Below are positions 51,020 to 64,000 of a stretch of DNA of 64,000 bases, in pieces. The stretch comes from Lama guanicoe. Its lineage: Eukaryota. The stretch lies in contig MU053216.1 of assembly GCA_013239625.1 (NCBI GenBank), positions 312,001 to 376,000 of the forward strand, in the 5' to 3' direction. The stretch's first letter is position 1, and every line of letters starts with the position of its first letter. The notes under the pieces are model-generated. The model saw only the letters and a list, made by a program, of their open reading frames with translations. It had not been told where the DNA came from and did no database searches. The position numbers and the translations under genes were made by a program.

Positions 51020-51150
51020 TCCGCTATGTTGAGGTAGCCGCAGGAAGCCGCGGCGTGAAGCGGCGTCCAGCCTTCGTTGTCCTGCTGGTTGACGCTGGCT
51101 CCGTTCTCCACCAGAAACTTCACCATGTCCAAATTTTCATCAATACAAGC
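51020..51150 (-). CDS. PPP1R12B: MYPT2 coding exon 2 (ankyrin repeats), 131 nt
   Basis: cag|GCT...GCG GA|gtgag; translates [44 protein letters not shown], a MYPT-family ankyrin repeat; phase joins the next exon. Confidence 0.97.
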
Positions 51151-52249
51151 CTGAAAAGAGAAGTCCATTCATTCACTCAACAAGCAAGTGCTGGGTTCCA
51201 CCCCAGCCGCGCTGCCCTGGACGCTGACGACACAGCGCCCTGACAGTCTGAGCACGCCGACGAGCGTCCGAGGGCAGCCTCACAGCTGTGTGACCCCCTG
51301 CAAAGCCCTGACTGTCTCCACGCCCCAGCACCTCAGCTGTGCAACAGGTATAACCCTCCCGACAGCACTGCTAGGACCGAATGAGTAAAGAGATCTGCGA
51401 AGGACCACATCGTTACAGAGAAGGGGGAATGTTACAAGCCACAAATCTGCTTATGAATTTTGAAGGAAAGCAGTCCCACAGGCTCAAATGCTACTTTCCC
51501 AGTGGGGAGCTGAGTTTAAGGCTCTGGGTTGCTGGACAGTCCCTGCCTTGGTAGGAAAGGGGACGCTGAACCTTCCAACAGAAGAAACGTATTTTCTTTT
51601 CAGCTCCTGAACAGCTCCTGAACAGCTCCAGACAACAAGCAAAGCCTGTCTGAGGCTATGGGTGGTCAGGGCGTCTGGCTGCCAGTCTCCCTGTAGCAGT
51701 GAGGAGAAGCAGAGGGGCTCTGCGAATAAAGGCACGGGGCCCACTGCCAGCCTGACAGAGACAGCACCAATGGCGGTGAGACCCGCGGGGTCCAAGGCTG
51801 TCCTGCCACGGCTGCAGGATAAAAGGGGGTATGCAGGCCACGCAGATAAAGGGCATCATTGTCAAGGCTCAGCAGTTCCAAACAGTTGAGATAATCAGGG
51901 CCCAGAAACAAATGAGATTCCTCTTTTTAAAAAAATCTGTCAGAAACAATTATCCAGATCAAAACGACGTTTATAACAATATGAGGACATGACCTGCTCT
52001 TTCGCTGTGCTGCCGTCAGCACGAGTCTCAAAGGCACGGCGGGGCGAACTGGAGCCTTCGCAAGAGTCAAGGGAGGCGCCAAAGGATGCTCACGTTCGTG
52101 GCACTTCCCCGCCACGTAAGGCTCACGGGAAAGCAAAGCCCCCAAAAGGCAAGAGTCACTTGAGAATGACCTTGAGGAAGCAGTAAGAATTATTAACTTT
52201 ATTCAGCCTCGCCCTTGACCGTGAGTCTCCCTCTCAGCCTGTGTGAGGA

Positions 52250-53179
52250 ACCATGGCAAAGCGCGGTGGCTGCGTGTCTGTCTGAGTTGCAGGATGGACT
52301 AGCAGCTTTTGTCATGGAATGAGGTTTTTATACAGAAGAGCGACCATAAATTATGATGACTGAGACTTGAAAATGAATGTGGTGAGCTTGTCACTTCAAA
52401 GAAATAACTAATATTTGTTGCCAATTATAAAATTGGATCCTCCAAGGAAAACCAGAATTCGGGGAAACACACCCACTATCGTTAGCTCGACAGCTTCTTA
52501 ATGTTCACTTTCCTGATGCGATCAGTGGGATTATCAACAAATGGGGTTTTTTGATATTATGGACTGAAATGTATTAACATTTGGAAGATTGGCATAACTC
52601 AATGAGCCCATATTTTCCAAATAATTACATGCATGGTGTTAGAAGATCACACATGGGTAAAGGATTCATTCAAAGTACAAGTCTGACCACTGGATTTAAT
52701 GTCACAAAGTAAGGAAAGTTCACTGAGATGGTTTCAGATTCCACACTGCAACTCGTATTTAAGAAACTACCACTTGCTGGCGTTTGGGGGTAGTCCCTGA
52801 GAAGGACGCCACAGCTGGACAGACTGAAAACCCTCCTCCCTTTCCCAAAGAGACACCCATGTGAGACCGGACTGCCTTCAAATACCTGTCAAACAACTAC
52901 CACAACAGGCTAAACGCAGAGACCAAGAGAGATCTGTAAAAATGTTAACGCAATGCCACTCTTCTCATTACTTTTTATTTTTGAAAGTATATAGCTCTTT
53001 TCAATTAAAATGTGATTTGTATTAACATGCAATGGGTTACTGCTATTTTAAGTGAATTAGTAAGTACACATGTTCAAGATTTTTCAGTAACACATAATAA
53101 CATATATAACCTGAAGGGGTCCTGAATAAATGTTTAGAGTGTAAAGGAATCCTGAGCTGGAACAGTTCGAGAACTGCTG
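52250..53179 (+). mobile_element. Charlie1a-like hAT transposon fragment
   Basis: gagcttgtcacttcaaag...aacatttggaagattggcataactcaatg...gatggtttcagattccacactgcaac...caatgccactcttctc, ending ttcgagaactgctg (TIR-like). Confidence 0.8.
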
Positions 53180-56100
53180 TCTTCAGTCAGGCATAACAAG
53201 GGATACTTCATGGTGATAATGACCAACTGTTAAGAGCAAGATTACAGTGGGAAGAGCTCAAGTTAGAATTCCAGAGAGTCTCTGCAGCTCTGCAGCTCTT
53301 ACCGAGAAGGACCTACAGGAAACCTCTCCAGATAAACCTCGTGTCAATCCTGCTTTCACAAAGGATGGATGAAAAAAGGGCTGATTCGATCTAGATGGAT
53401 ATTTAATTAGGGAATCTTGGTTACAAAAAGCATCTTTGTTCATTTTCCCCAAACCATTTGATACCACTTTTTACAATTAGTGAGATTAGCTAAATATCAA
53501 CCTAGATTGATTTGGTGCAACGTAGTATTTCCTTCAACCTGACCTTTTGAGGCCAGATGACTTTAATAGCCAGCATCCATAATAGTCTCTTTTTCAACAA
53601 GGTCCAACAATTACATTTCTTCTATTATATTTTCTTAGGTTTATCAGCTTCTACAGGCATTCCCCATTTACTCTATACCTCGCTACCATGTAAAGCATTT
53701 CATAACTATTCATAATGTTTCTTAATTACACTTATCACTCAGTCTCTCACGTACTGCATACTGGCTGTCTGCAGTCCCTTCGGGGTGAGAATCAGCCAAC
53801 CCCTTGCAGAGGACTTCACTAAAAACTGAATAAAGGCTGAGTGAAAAAAAAAAAAAAAGGCTGAGTGAAAGGACAGAAGAGGGTACTTTTCAAAAGGGTA
53901 TGAAGTCCAAGGAGAAGAAAGTGTCCTAGAGGTTGAGTATACTCTTTGCCCAGGTAATAATAAAGTCCTGCACCAAGAAGGTCAAATGTGCCAAGCAGCT
54001 GGGTCAACGTCTTCTTGCTCTCAAAGAGGAACAGCCTAAAACTTCAGCCAGTGGTCATACCACCATCAGGCAGAATTGTGGAAGCCAGTGTTTTCTGCTC
54101 TTTGACAATGACAGCAGTCAAATTCCAGGGAGCCTAAAACAAGCCCACCTCGTCCAGGTATCAAACAGGAGAAACTCTGTTCTCTTTCCTTCCCTCTTAC
54201 TTCTCTCCTTCCTTTTCTTAACCTCCTTCGTCCCATCAAAACTTTAGTTCTCTTCTTTTTCAGGTTCATGATCATTGCTGTCTATGAATCCCTGACACAG
54301 GACTTTTATAAGAATGACACTGTGACGATGTTCAAGACAATAACAACAAAAAGCTGACCTAACCTGCAACGTCACTTGACGGAGCATCAATCTCCAAAGA
54401 ATCATCTCTCAGAAAATTAAGCAGGACAACTGTTAGACTGTTCCCCAAGTGAAGGACACTGTACTGGGCAAGGGTTGGCTCTAGAGTCAGGCAGACCTGG
54501 GAGTGCACACCAGCGCTGCCAGCGCGTGTCCCCTGGAGTGAGGCACAGAAGTGAGCGCCAGTGTCCTTGTCTGCAGCGTGGGAATACCAGCGCCGCGCAG
54601 GACTCTGTGAGGAGTGAAGGAGACGTGCCCTTGGAACAGCGCCTGGCACTGCTGTTGTTTTTAGGCCAGTGGTTTAACAGCAACAACTTCCCCAGAGGAA
54701 AGCACGAACCATACTTACTCCTCACTCGCCTCTGCCCTCTGGCTCCAGTAACTTACGGGAGGAAGGCGGCTTGGTTTAAAATGTCTTTGAACTATTTTGG
54801 AGTTTGTTAGTTGTTGATCTGTTTTTTAGGAGTTTTTTTGCCTCCAGAAGAAGGAATATGCCTAAAGCCATGGAGGAGAGACAAAAATGTTCTCAACTAA
54901 ATAATGACTAAATTTAGGCGCTCTTCTGCACCCCCGCCCCCATCCTGGTCTGCAGCTGCGCTGCTCACTCACCCAGAGGGCAGCACCCTGGCTGGAGGGG
55001 CAGAGGCCATGAGCTGCGTTGGGCCACGGCTCCAGCCACGCCTCCATGCGGGCTGGACTGACCCTTCCAAACACAAGGGGCTCTCCCTTCCCTGGACAAA
55101 GGAGACTAAACCAGTTTGATGTCACCTGTCACATCAGTGGGGAGCTCTCTGCATTTAGCCCTACTTCCGGTGCTGTGGCTTCCGTCCATCTCCTATTCTG
55201 CACTCCCAGACACACAGAATATCCCTATAGTAGCAACCTGAAGCTCTGAGCTCCTTAAGAAAAACAGTTACTGTTTAATCATTAGTCCAGAGTGCTATCA
55301 GAAAGACGACCAACCGGGCAGTAATTTAAAGCTCCCTAAAATCAGCGTGCCACATTGCCCTGGCAATAGCGAGCTATCTACAAGGAAAGATCCTCGATCT
55401 CACCCATAAAATGGGGACAGAGCACCGCAGCCACCCTGCTGCACCCAGCACTGCTCTCTCTACCTCAAAGGCAAAAGCGGCTGGCGGCCCATCATGGCCA
55501 GAGTTAAATGCGGGAGCGCAGAGGAGGCCAACAAAACACAGCCTCCTCCGCTCCCAAAATAGCCTGCAACTGTCACCGCCACCAAGTGCCGCTGGCTCCG
55601 ACAGCGACCTTGCGGCCGTGCCTCAGACCTACCAGGACAGCCTACCTCGGGCAGGACAGCCTCGCCCTGCAGCACCCGGCCACTGCAGGGAGGTGCGGCG
55701 GGCACTGGGCCGTGAGCACGGGGCACCTACCCATTTGGATATGTTTAGCCCAGACTTGCCTTGATTTCAACCAATCACGCAGACAAAAGTGTTGGGAATG
55801 TATCCCCATTCCATATCTTTCACTATTTTACCCTTAAACTCCCAAAACTTATATAGTTCAATGATAATACTTAATTCCTATATAGTTTATATAACTCAAA
55901 GTTTATGTAATTCCCCAAATTATATAATTTCAACTTTATGTTGAAAACCCTACTTGCTTGGAGGTAACAGCAAGGAGCCTAACTTCTTTCACAAAAATAT
56001 TTATCAAACACCAAACCCCTGAATCACCTGTTAAAAACTCTCAAGTCACTGCTAACAGAGCAGGGCAGGACTCTCCAGCTGATCTGTTCACTGATACACC

Positions 56101-56368
56101 CCAAATACCCAAATACCCTGGCAGGTAACAGGGCCTCCATAGATATTTGTTGAATGAAAAGAATGAATGCCCAGACGTGTAGAAAGTCACATTTCCTACA
56201 TATTCAGTTGATTCACAGTCATCTAGACTCATCCAGACTTCTCGGCAGCTCATCCCATCAACACTCACACAGCACATCCATCATGGGCGCGGGCCGGACC
56301 GCGGGTGCTGCACGTGCTGCCGCCCACAACACGCTGCATGGCTCACACGCCCCTCTCCACTGGAGCAG

Positions 56369-56790
56369 TGTGCTGGGTGGCGGCCCCAGAAGACACATCC
56401 ACACCTAACCCTCAGGACCGTGAGTAGCCTGACTTGGAAAGGCGGTCTCTGCAGGTGCAATTAAGGATCTTGAGGCGAGAAGGTCCTCCTGGATTATCCA
56501 AGTGAAACCTAAATCCAAGACAAGTGTCCTCCTAAGACATAGGCAGGCAGGGAGAGAGAGAGGTGACAAACACAGGAGAGGAGGGGCAGGAAGGCCAAGG
56601 AGGCAGAGACTGGAGCACACGCGAGGGTCACCAGAAGCTGGAAGAGGCAAAGAACCAATTTTCCCCTGGAGCCTCCAGAGCGAGTGTGGCCCTAACAACG
56701 CCGGCATTTCAGATGTGTGGCTCCAGAACTGTGACAGAACACACTTCTCATCTTACGCCTCCAAGTTTGCAGTCATCTGTCATGAACTGG
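56369..56790 (+). mobile_element. MaLR solo LTR (MLT1C/D-like)
   Basis: ctctgcaggtgcaattaaggatcttgagg...ggattatcc...cctaaatcca...ccagaagctggaagaggcaaag...cccctggagcctccagag...ctccagaactgtga. Confidence 0.85.
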
Positions 56791-59700
56791 GAAGTGAACA
56801 TCTGGGAAACGAACACATTCGGCCCAGACTGGGCAGGAGGGGAGTCAGAGCCTGGAGGGCCCACCGGACTCACTCCTCGGATGGACCAAAACCGCAGCAG
56901 TGACTCACCCCTTCTTCGCCAGATGGAAGTGGTCGGAAAACTAATCACACCACTTCTTAAAATAACTACATTTAATAGAAGGCTTTATAGTCAATTTTCA
57001 GCCCAAGTAGCAAATGCCCTGAAAGCCTGGACCACGTGCTCCCACTGGGCGCGCTGCGGGAGCCTGCTGGCTGAGGACCGCAGCTGAAACCGGGGCCGTG
57101 CCGAGTGACAGGCCTGCCGTGAAGCCCAGCACGTCTGGGTTTAAGCCCTGCTCCGACCAGGCAGCCCCGCCACACAGCAGGGACTTACGCCAGGAGATTA
57201 AAGGTGAGAGAGGAGTCAGGACGCTTGGAGTCTCAGCATCAGCAGGGCAGCACCACAAGGAGCCTCCACACGCCGCAGGTCAGACCGCCGGGGCCCAGCC
57301 ACCCTGGGACAGTGCAGCCACTCTCGAGTGACACTCAGGACAGGTGACAACTGCCAGCACTGTGCCAAAGACTCCCAACCCCACTGGCACAGACAGCTTG
57401 GCTCCCCGGTGGTGAGAACTGTATCTGATTATGTACTCAGTGGTCAGGCAGGCTCTGGACACAGATCTGTGGCCTTTCCGGGGAGAGAGCAAGACAGACA
57501 GCAGAGTAAAGAATTTTCCGTGAGGTGTCACACTGACTGAGATTCTTGTTCTCAATAAACTGGCATATCACCCCAAGACTGCAAACGTTCATAACCTGGG
57601 ACCAGAGAACACGTTCGTTCAGTTAAGAACAAGTCCCACACTGCCCAAGGGTTGACAGTATTTAGATTTCAAAACTATGTTCATCGTGGGTTCTAACTTT
57701 ACCTCCTCTATGTGCCACAATCCCTGCCCTTCGAGGTCCCTCTGCCTTCTCCGTGCCCCTACATGAGGAAAAGCCTGTTCAGTCGTCTGAAAGGCGTCAC
57801 CTCGGCAACTCCTGCCCCACCAGGGCGCACATCTGATCTGACCCATCACCAAGGTGGGTGTCTGACGGCCGGGAGGAAAGGGCACGAAGGCCTTGGAGGT
57901 GAGAGCTGCGTCTCCCCGGAGCCCAGGGTTACCCGGCAAAGAGAAGTTCTGCAGCTCCTCCCCAGGCCCCTGCGTCAGCTCTCGCTGGTACCCCTAGCAG
58001 TGAGGCGAACCACGAGGCCTGATAACGCGGTAAACTCCCGAGCGTGAGCTCTCCCAGGTCAGGAGCGCACAGAGCCGAGTCAGCCCGACCACCGTGTGGA
58101 AACCAAGCCACGAGAGGCTGTCCCTGCAGCTCCACACGTGAGGGCAGAGGCCCACCAAGCAAGGGAATGATCCACCTCAACAGACTTGACCAAACGAGGG
58201 TCCTTGGGAAAAGCACATCATAACACAAAGTATGTGTTAGCTAGAGCAGAAAGCCTGGGACTTCTCACTTTCCAGATGCAGAAACTAGGCCCAGGAAGTT
58301 CAACGAACTATTTAACATCACACATTCAGTGGTAGAACCACCAAAGTTTTCACCTGCCAATCTAGGCGTGTACACAGCAGCATCCCTGGGCCCAGCTCAA
58401 GGCACCGTTTGGCCCATGGAACATTTTCAGTCCCTGATACTAACTTCCTAAAATAACTCTGCTTCAGCACACACAGGGTAGGCTGGTATTAGTCAGCTCT
58501 CCGATAATTTCCTATGAGAAATGTGGCAACTGGTTGAGTTGACTTGGTCACACCTGACTAGACTCGATGCCAAACACAAAGATCCCACTGAAGTGCTTTG
58601 GTTACCACTGTTCCTTAGCATGAGTCTGGATGAGAAACTGCCTTCAGGTCCAGGGTACCGGTCTTAACGACAGCCCCAAGGTCCACCCTGCTGCAGCCGG
58701 CAAGTGCAGCGACTGTGCCCACGGAGCAGGACTTCTCTGTGTAACTGCAGGTCACTCCGTGCCCACAGACAAGTGTTTCACAGCTGCAGGAGTCCGGCCT
58801 GGAAGTGATGGCCCGGGCACTGCTCCACGGCTGTCAGGACAGCCTCGAGAAAAGAAGGCAGGCAACTCCGGGACCCGAGCTGGGTAAGGAGTAAAAGTCA
58901 CAAAGACACTAAAGGAAGCCTGAGTTCCCAGGAGGACTGAATTCCCAGGCAGTATAAATCAGTACAGCACATTTTATTTCTCAGAGAAGATACCAAACAA
59001 GAAGTTATTATTTTCCCAGCATGTTTTCATCAATATTTTTGCACAGACAAAGCTACTGAATGTCAGTCCACGTCACTGCCTGTCCTGTCTCCCCACGCGT
59101 AGGGTCCTACCTGGGAGAAGACGCTAGGGAAAGCATCACATACCCTGCGTGGCCCAGCGTCCTGGAAAGGAGTGCAGACTACAGAACAGACTTCCTGGGT
59201 TCAAATCCCAAGACTAACCAATTGGTAGCTTTGTGCCTTGGACCACGTTATTCCTGAATGCTTCAGTTCACGCATCTGTAAAATTACCACACCAGTCACA
59301 GCAGCCACGTCACAGGTCACAAACATGGAGCAGGGAATATGGAAGCGCTCAGAGCCTGGCATACAGGTAAATGCTCTGTAGGTGCTGGCTGCTACTATGA
59401 CTATTATTATTATATTATTAACCTTGTTTAGTCTCTTAGCATTAGCACAAGAAAGGGCAAAAATTATATACTTAATTAAAAACGAATACAAATACAGTAT
59501 AAATTCTCTGTAAGTTTCAGCAGGTGCCAACAGGCCACAAGAGTCAGGTCCTACTGATAAGAGAAAGAAGGAAATTTGGGTGGCGTCGGAGGGAAGGGAG
59601 GACAGGGGGCATGCGCTAGAAGGACAGCCCAGAGGCGGGGCCGGGGCTGCGGACTGAGTTCCACCACGGAGTCACTGGCTGGAGAGGCCATCAAGTCCAC

Positions 59701-59825
59701 TGTAGCACAGGCAGAGCACCTGGGAAGATGACAAGTTCTGGGTCTCACGGTGACTCGCATCACCGAAGAGCAGCTTGAGGATTTATCGCAGTGATGTGCT
59801 CCTTGAATGCGAAGTGCTTTTATTT

Positions 59826-60700
59826 TATTCACGTAACAAACACTTACTGAGGCCTCTACTGTGCCAGGTGGAGTCCTGAGGGGGAGACGCAGGAATCAAA
59901 AATGAGTAAGACCCCACCACTCGGCAGTGGGAGCAGTCATCTAAGCGACGCACGCACCAGGAGCCACACTCCAACATGCAGTAAGAGACGCATCCAAGGT
60001 GCCACAACGTGAAGTAAGAAGTCACTACTTTGTCTGCAGGTTACAGGGAACACGTCCCAGATGGACGTCATGCACCCGAGCTGTAAAGGAGAATGAGCCG
60101 CCAGTTGTAAAAGTGGCCTAAAGAGAATCAGACGCAGAGGGATCAGATACACGAAGGTCCAGAGGAGAGAAGACAACTGGTTTTGGTTTTGGATGGGGGG
60201 AAGCTCACATGTTTTACGCAGGTGGGGCTGGGGCGTACATGCTGGAGAGTCTGAACCTCACCCTGCAGGCCAACAGGGATGGGAGCTGAGAGGCCGCAGG
60301 GTAGACTGGCTGCCACAAACCCTGTGTCCCAATGAAGACTTTACCCTGTACCCTGAAAGGAGGCACAGGGGGTGACGCTCTCAGAACTGAGTCTTAGAAG
60401 GAAAACTGCAGTGGGAGTAGAAGCCTGCTTTGCAGGCAGGGAAGCCTCGTCACAGAGACACGATGTGGCAAACCGAGGCCAGAGAGGACAGGTCTCCAGG
60501 TGAGGGAGCTGGTAGGGAGGCTGGGAGTGGAGTGGGCCTGGGGAGCTCCTGAGGCAGAGGGACAGGGCGGCTGGCGGGAACGCCATGGTGAAAAAGGAGC
60601 TCAGGACCCTGCGTGGACCGTGACACTGCTCAGCCAAAACGGGGCATATAAGGATGTCTCCGAAGTCCCTCCTGCTTCTGATTCCCGCTGAGAGCACGTT
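59826..60700. mobile_element. L2 relic (3' region)
   Basis: attcacgtaacaaacacttactgaggcctctactgtgccagg, an L2 3'-end motif, followed by degenerate L2-like sequence; boundaries approximate. Confidence 0.55.
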
Positions 60701-63700
60701 TCTCCCACAGCCTCAGTGACGTACACCTGAGCAGCAAGCACACACGAACTGCCTGCTGCCCTTCCCACACGAAACACCCTCCAGGGAGCCCAGGAACACC
60801 GACGCCGGCCAGCCCAACCTACAGTGCCCCGCCCGCAGCGAAGCCCCGGCGGGCCAGGGCCACAGGTGCCGACTGCACAGGGCTCTGGCAGAGCGGCCCT
60901 GCCGCCACCCACACAGCAGGGGACCTGGGGTCAGTGCCAGGTGTCAGCTACAGCGGAGGGGGGTTACAACTCAAAGAACAGTGTCAGCTTTTTCTCTGAA
61001 GCAGAACGCTGTGGGTAGGGAAACAGCTGGTAAACTAAAAGCATTTTGTTTGGCCCATGTGGCATGACAGAAATTAAGATTTTCACATTAACAATTCCAT
61101 ATTTGAACCTTTGGAAAAATTAGAATTTGTGGCAATGCTGGGGTCAGACTCCCACAAGTACAAGCAGCCGGAGTGGCCTCCCTGGGGCCGTGCCCACCCC
61201 CTCCACTGTTGTACGCAGCCCGCTTTCCCAGTCTGCATTACCAGCCCTGCCTTTAGCCACTCCCCCAGGTAATTTATTACAAAAACGGTCAAACCATACA
61301 GAAAAGTGGAAGAAGTTCACAGGAGGCCCTGCGGCCCCGTGACCTGCAGCCCATCGGGACCTTGGCAGTGGACGCCGTCACACAGCCAAGCCTCACCAGC
61401 CAGCACTGCACATACACGGCTAACCGGAGGTCAGGGCCTGCTTGCGCTCTGAGCTCTCCCGAGGTGCGGTCTGCGCGCGGGGGCAGCACCCTCTTACGTG
61501 CTTCCTGCGCCAGGTGCTGCCATCGCTGAGGCATCCGAACCCTGGTGAGAGACAAGGTTCCCTGCGCCCTCTGACCCGGCACTACCAGAGGCCAAGGAGA
61601 TGCCGGTGGTGAGCAGAAACACAGCTGACCTCTCTTAAGGTGGCATCTCTTTCTGCTCGACTGAAAAGACCAGGTCTGGGTGTAATCGGTTTTGCTGATA
61701 ATACAAATTCACTGTGGGGCTCAAAAAGCAGCAGCTAGTGGTTAAGACTTCAAAAATCTAAAAAAAAAAAAGACCTCAAAACTCTAAATAACTATGTTTT
61801 TCCTGAAAGCAGCAGCCTGCAGTCCGACCCTCAGACTGCAATGCCGTGGAGGGAGGGACGCGGAATGAATGGTACAAGCCAATAAATAACACAAGCATCC
61901 CTCGGGGCCCACTCGGAGGAGCGGGACTCCACTCCCCGGACCAACCCAGGGGTCGTGCGAGTCACACGGAAAGAGTCTGTCATTTGCTAGTTAAGAGAAG
62001 GCATTCCTCAGCCCAGGAAAAGATAAGATAGGAACCTCACGTTCCAAAGGTGGAATAATGCACAGCTAAAGGCTGAAAAAGGATAAAACTCTACTGCTGC
62101 AGACTTTGAGCAGAGCCCAGCGGTGCGGTGGCCTGTCTCCATGGAAACGTGTGAGAACAGCCCGTCCCCTCCATGTGAGCACTTCCCTGACGGTTCCTCT
62201 GAAGGTTCAAGGAGAGCGGAGCTCCTGCTCCTGCAGCGCGGCTCCGCGCGCCACCCGCAAGGGGCCTGGGGTCCAATCGCGAGCGGCTGTGCGATTTCCC
62301 CAGGACAGGGAGAAAGGGCAGATTTCGGAACAGAACGGGTGCATCACAAGATGCTACACCAGCAAAAGGTCTGACCCTCGTGTCACAGCCCACCCCACCC
62401 TTTCCACAGCGGAGCTTCCCAGCTGTTGGAGAGAGAGAGCACCACACTTAACCTGCTCTTTATTTCAGGGCTGACGTGGGGACACGTGAGGTAACAAATA
62501 TGAAAACAGATTCTAAAAACATTAACACATGAATCCAAGTACTGCTGTTAACCCATGTTCTTTGTGTTATCTTATGGAAAAAAATATACTATGAGGCGGT
62601 CTTGGGCACTGATTCAGAGCAGAGTCGGCAACAGTGAGCATTTCAAGCTCTGCAGGTCGTACGTCTCCCACAAATACTCAACCCTGCCCCTGTGGGTGGA
62701 GACAGCCAGGGACGCCACCAGTGAGCACCGCTGCGTTTCAGTAAAATTCTATGGATAATGAAATTTAAATTTCATACAACTTTCACATCACAAAATATTG
62801 TTCTTTTGTTTTTTTCAACTCACTGAAAATGTAAAATGACAACACCCTGTGTTTTACTGCTGTCAGCTTCCCAGCAGACGTGGATGTGTGCGCCCTCCAG
62901 TGCAGACGTAACCTACCGACTGTGTGCAGGCTCAGAGCAGCACTCCCCACACAAGAAGCATCCAATGCATGTTTGCTTGATGGTCCGTTAACAGCAGTCA
63001 CGTCAAGTGCAACCAGGGTAGGCATCTCCTGGTCACACGACAAGCGTGTCTGTAGCTAGATGTGAAAACAACTTCTAATACTCGATTTCGACATAGTCGG
63101 TCACATTAATGTTGGTCTGCGGCACACCCAAGTGCACGGAGCGAGTCGGGGGACAGCTCAGCGCCCACGCACGGATAACACGGCACCAGCTTTCAGTCTC
63201 TCAGTGGCTCACCCCGCCTGTTTACACAAGGCAGCCTGTGTCCAGGAACAGGGAAGGAGCTCGGGAGCAGTGCCAGTGTGACGCGGCGGCAAGGATCAAG
63301 AACGTAACAGGGGTCCCGGTTCTGACCCTGTGCAGCCACCGAGGCTTCCCAAGGCCCCAGGAGGGCTGCTCCTGGTTGGTCGGGGTCCCGATCACGCTGG
63401 CGCCCTCTGAGGGCGCACGCCCCTGCCCGCTGCCCTGGGTGCCCCGCACGACGGTTGGAGGGTGAGGGATTTCCACGTAACTAAGTGGTGGACATTTCCT
63501 GAAAGGCAATTTAATGCCACCAAAATCAGTCAAATACTGTTAACAACTGGGAAGAGAGTCCAGCGAAGGTTCAGATCACAGTCTACCGGGCGACACGAAC
63601 GTGACGTGACATGAAGTAGGGGGCTTCATTTTCAAGTTAACGTCACGTTTGTGGAAAGAACATCACAACTGGTTTGTTGGTGGGGTTTTTTTTTTTGCTT

Positions 63701-63707
63701 TATATAT

Positions 63708-63892
63708 TGTGTGGATGTTTATGTGTGGATGTGTCTGTGTCTGTATATGTGTGTGTGTGTGGATGTGTGTATATGTGTGGATGTGGATGTGTGTATGTAT
63801 GCGTGTATACACGTGTCTGTGCGTGTGCACGCATGTGGATGTGTGGATGTGCGTCTATGTGTCTGTGTGCGTATGTGTGCGGGTACGTGTAT
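63708..63892. repeat. Degenerate (TG)n / TGTGGA low-complexity microsatellite
   Basis: gtgtggatgtgtctgtgtctgtatatgtgtgtgtgtgtggatgtg... Confidence 0.9.
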
Positions 63893-64000
63893 GAGACGGG
63901 AACAGAATGAGCAGGGAAAGGAGGGAAGACTGAAGAGTCTTGAAAAATATGGCTGGGGGTACAATCAGAGGCCAGGGAGGGGCCAGACTGTTACTGTAAA

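Noticed and set aside
3293..63533. The many 60-210 aa Pro/Arg/Gly/Ala-rich ORFs on both strands
   Set aside because: Expected by chance in GC-rich DNA, many start at non-ATG codons, and no domains are recognisable beyond the exons and repeats listed
51151..64000. PPP1R12B exon 1 (RVxF motif) or a CpG-island promoter
   Set aside because: No matching peptide or dense CpG island seen; the region reads as intron 1 with repeats

Overview
Mammalian genomic DNA, very probably a camelid given the tRNA-Ala-derived Vic-1-type SINEs. The whole window lies inside one minus-strand gene, PPP1R12B (MYPT2, myosin phosphatase targeting subunit 2). Twelve coding exons, exons 2-13 by my recollection of human numbering, read in one continuous frame with canonical GT-AG boundaries between 51150 and 21500. 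Exon 1 and exons 14 onward were not found in the window. The introns hold a near full-length Tigger1, two Charlie1 pieces, L1/L2/MIR/MaLR relics, three SINEs and a ~30 x 58-bp G-rich minisatellite. The most interesting signals are: (1) a candidate internal promoter/first exon, or 9-nt microexon, at ~8.9-9.07 kb in intron 13, with the G-rich VNTR ~0.5 kb upstream; (2) a remodelled but still in-frame 150-nt cassette exon at 24734-24883 whose donor is tandemly duplicated; (3) a second tandem array of donor copies right after exon 8; (4) apparent AT-to-GC drift in repeats and exons. Almost all entries in the supplied ORF track are spurious. Comparisons with human or consensus sequences are from memory and need database confirmation. 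No prokaryote-style system (CRISPR, operon) is present.
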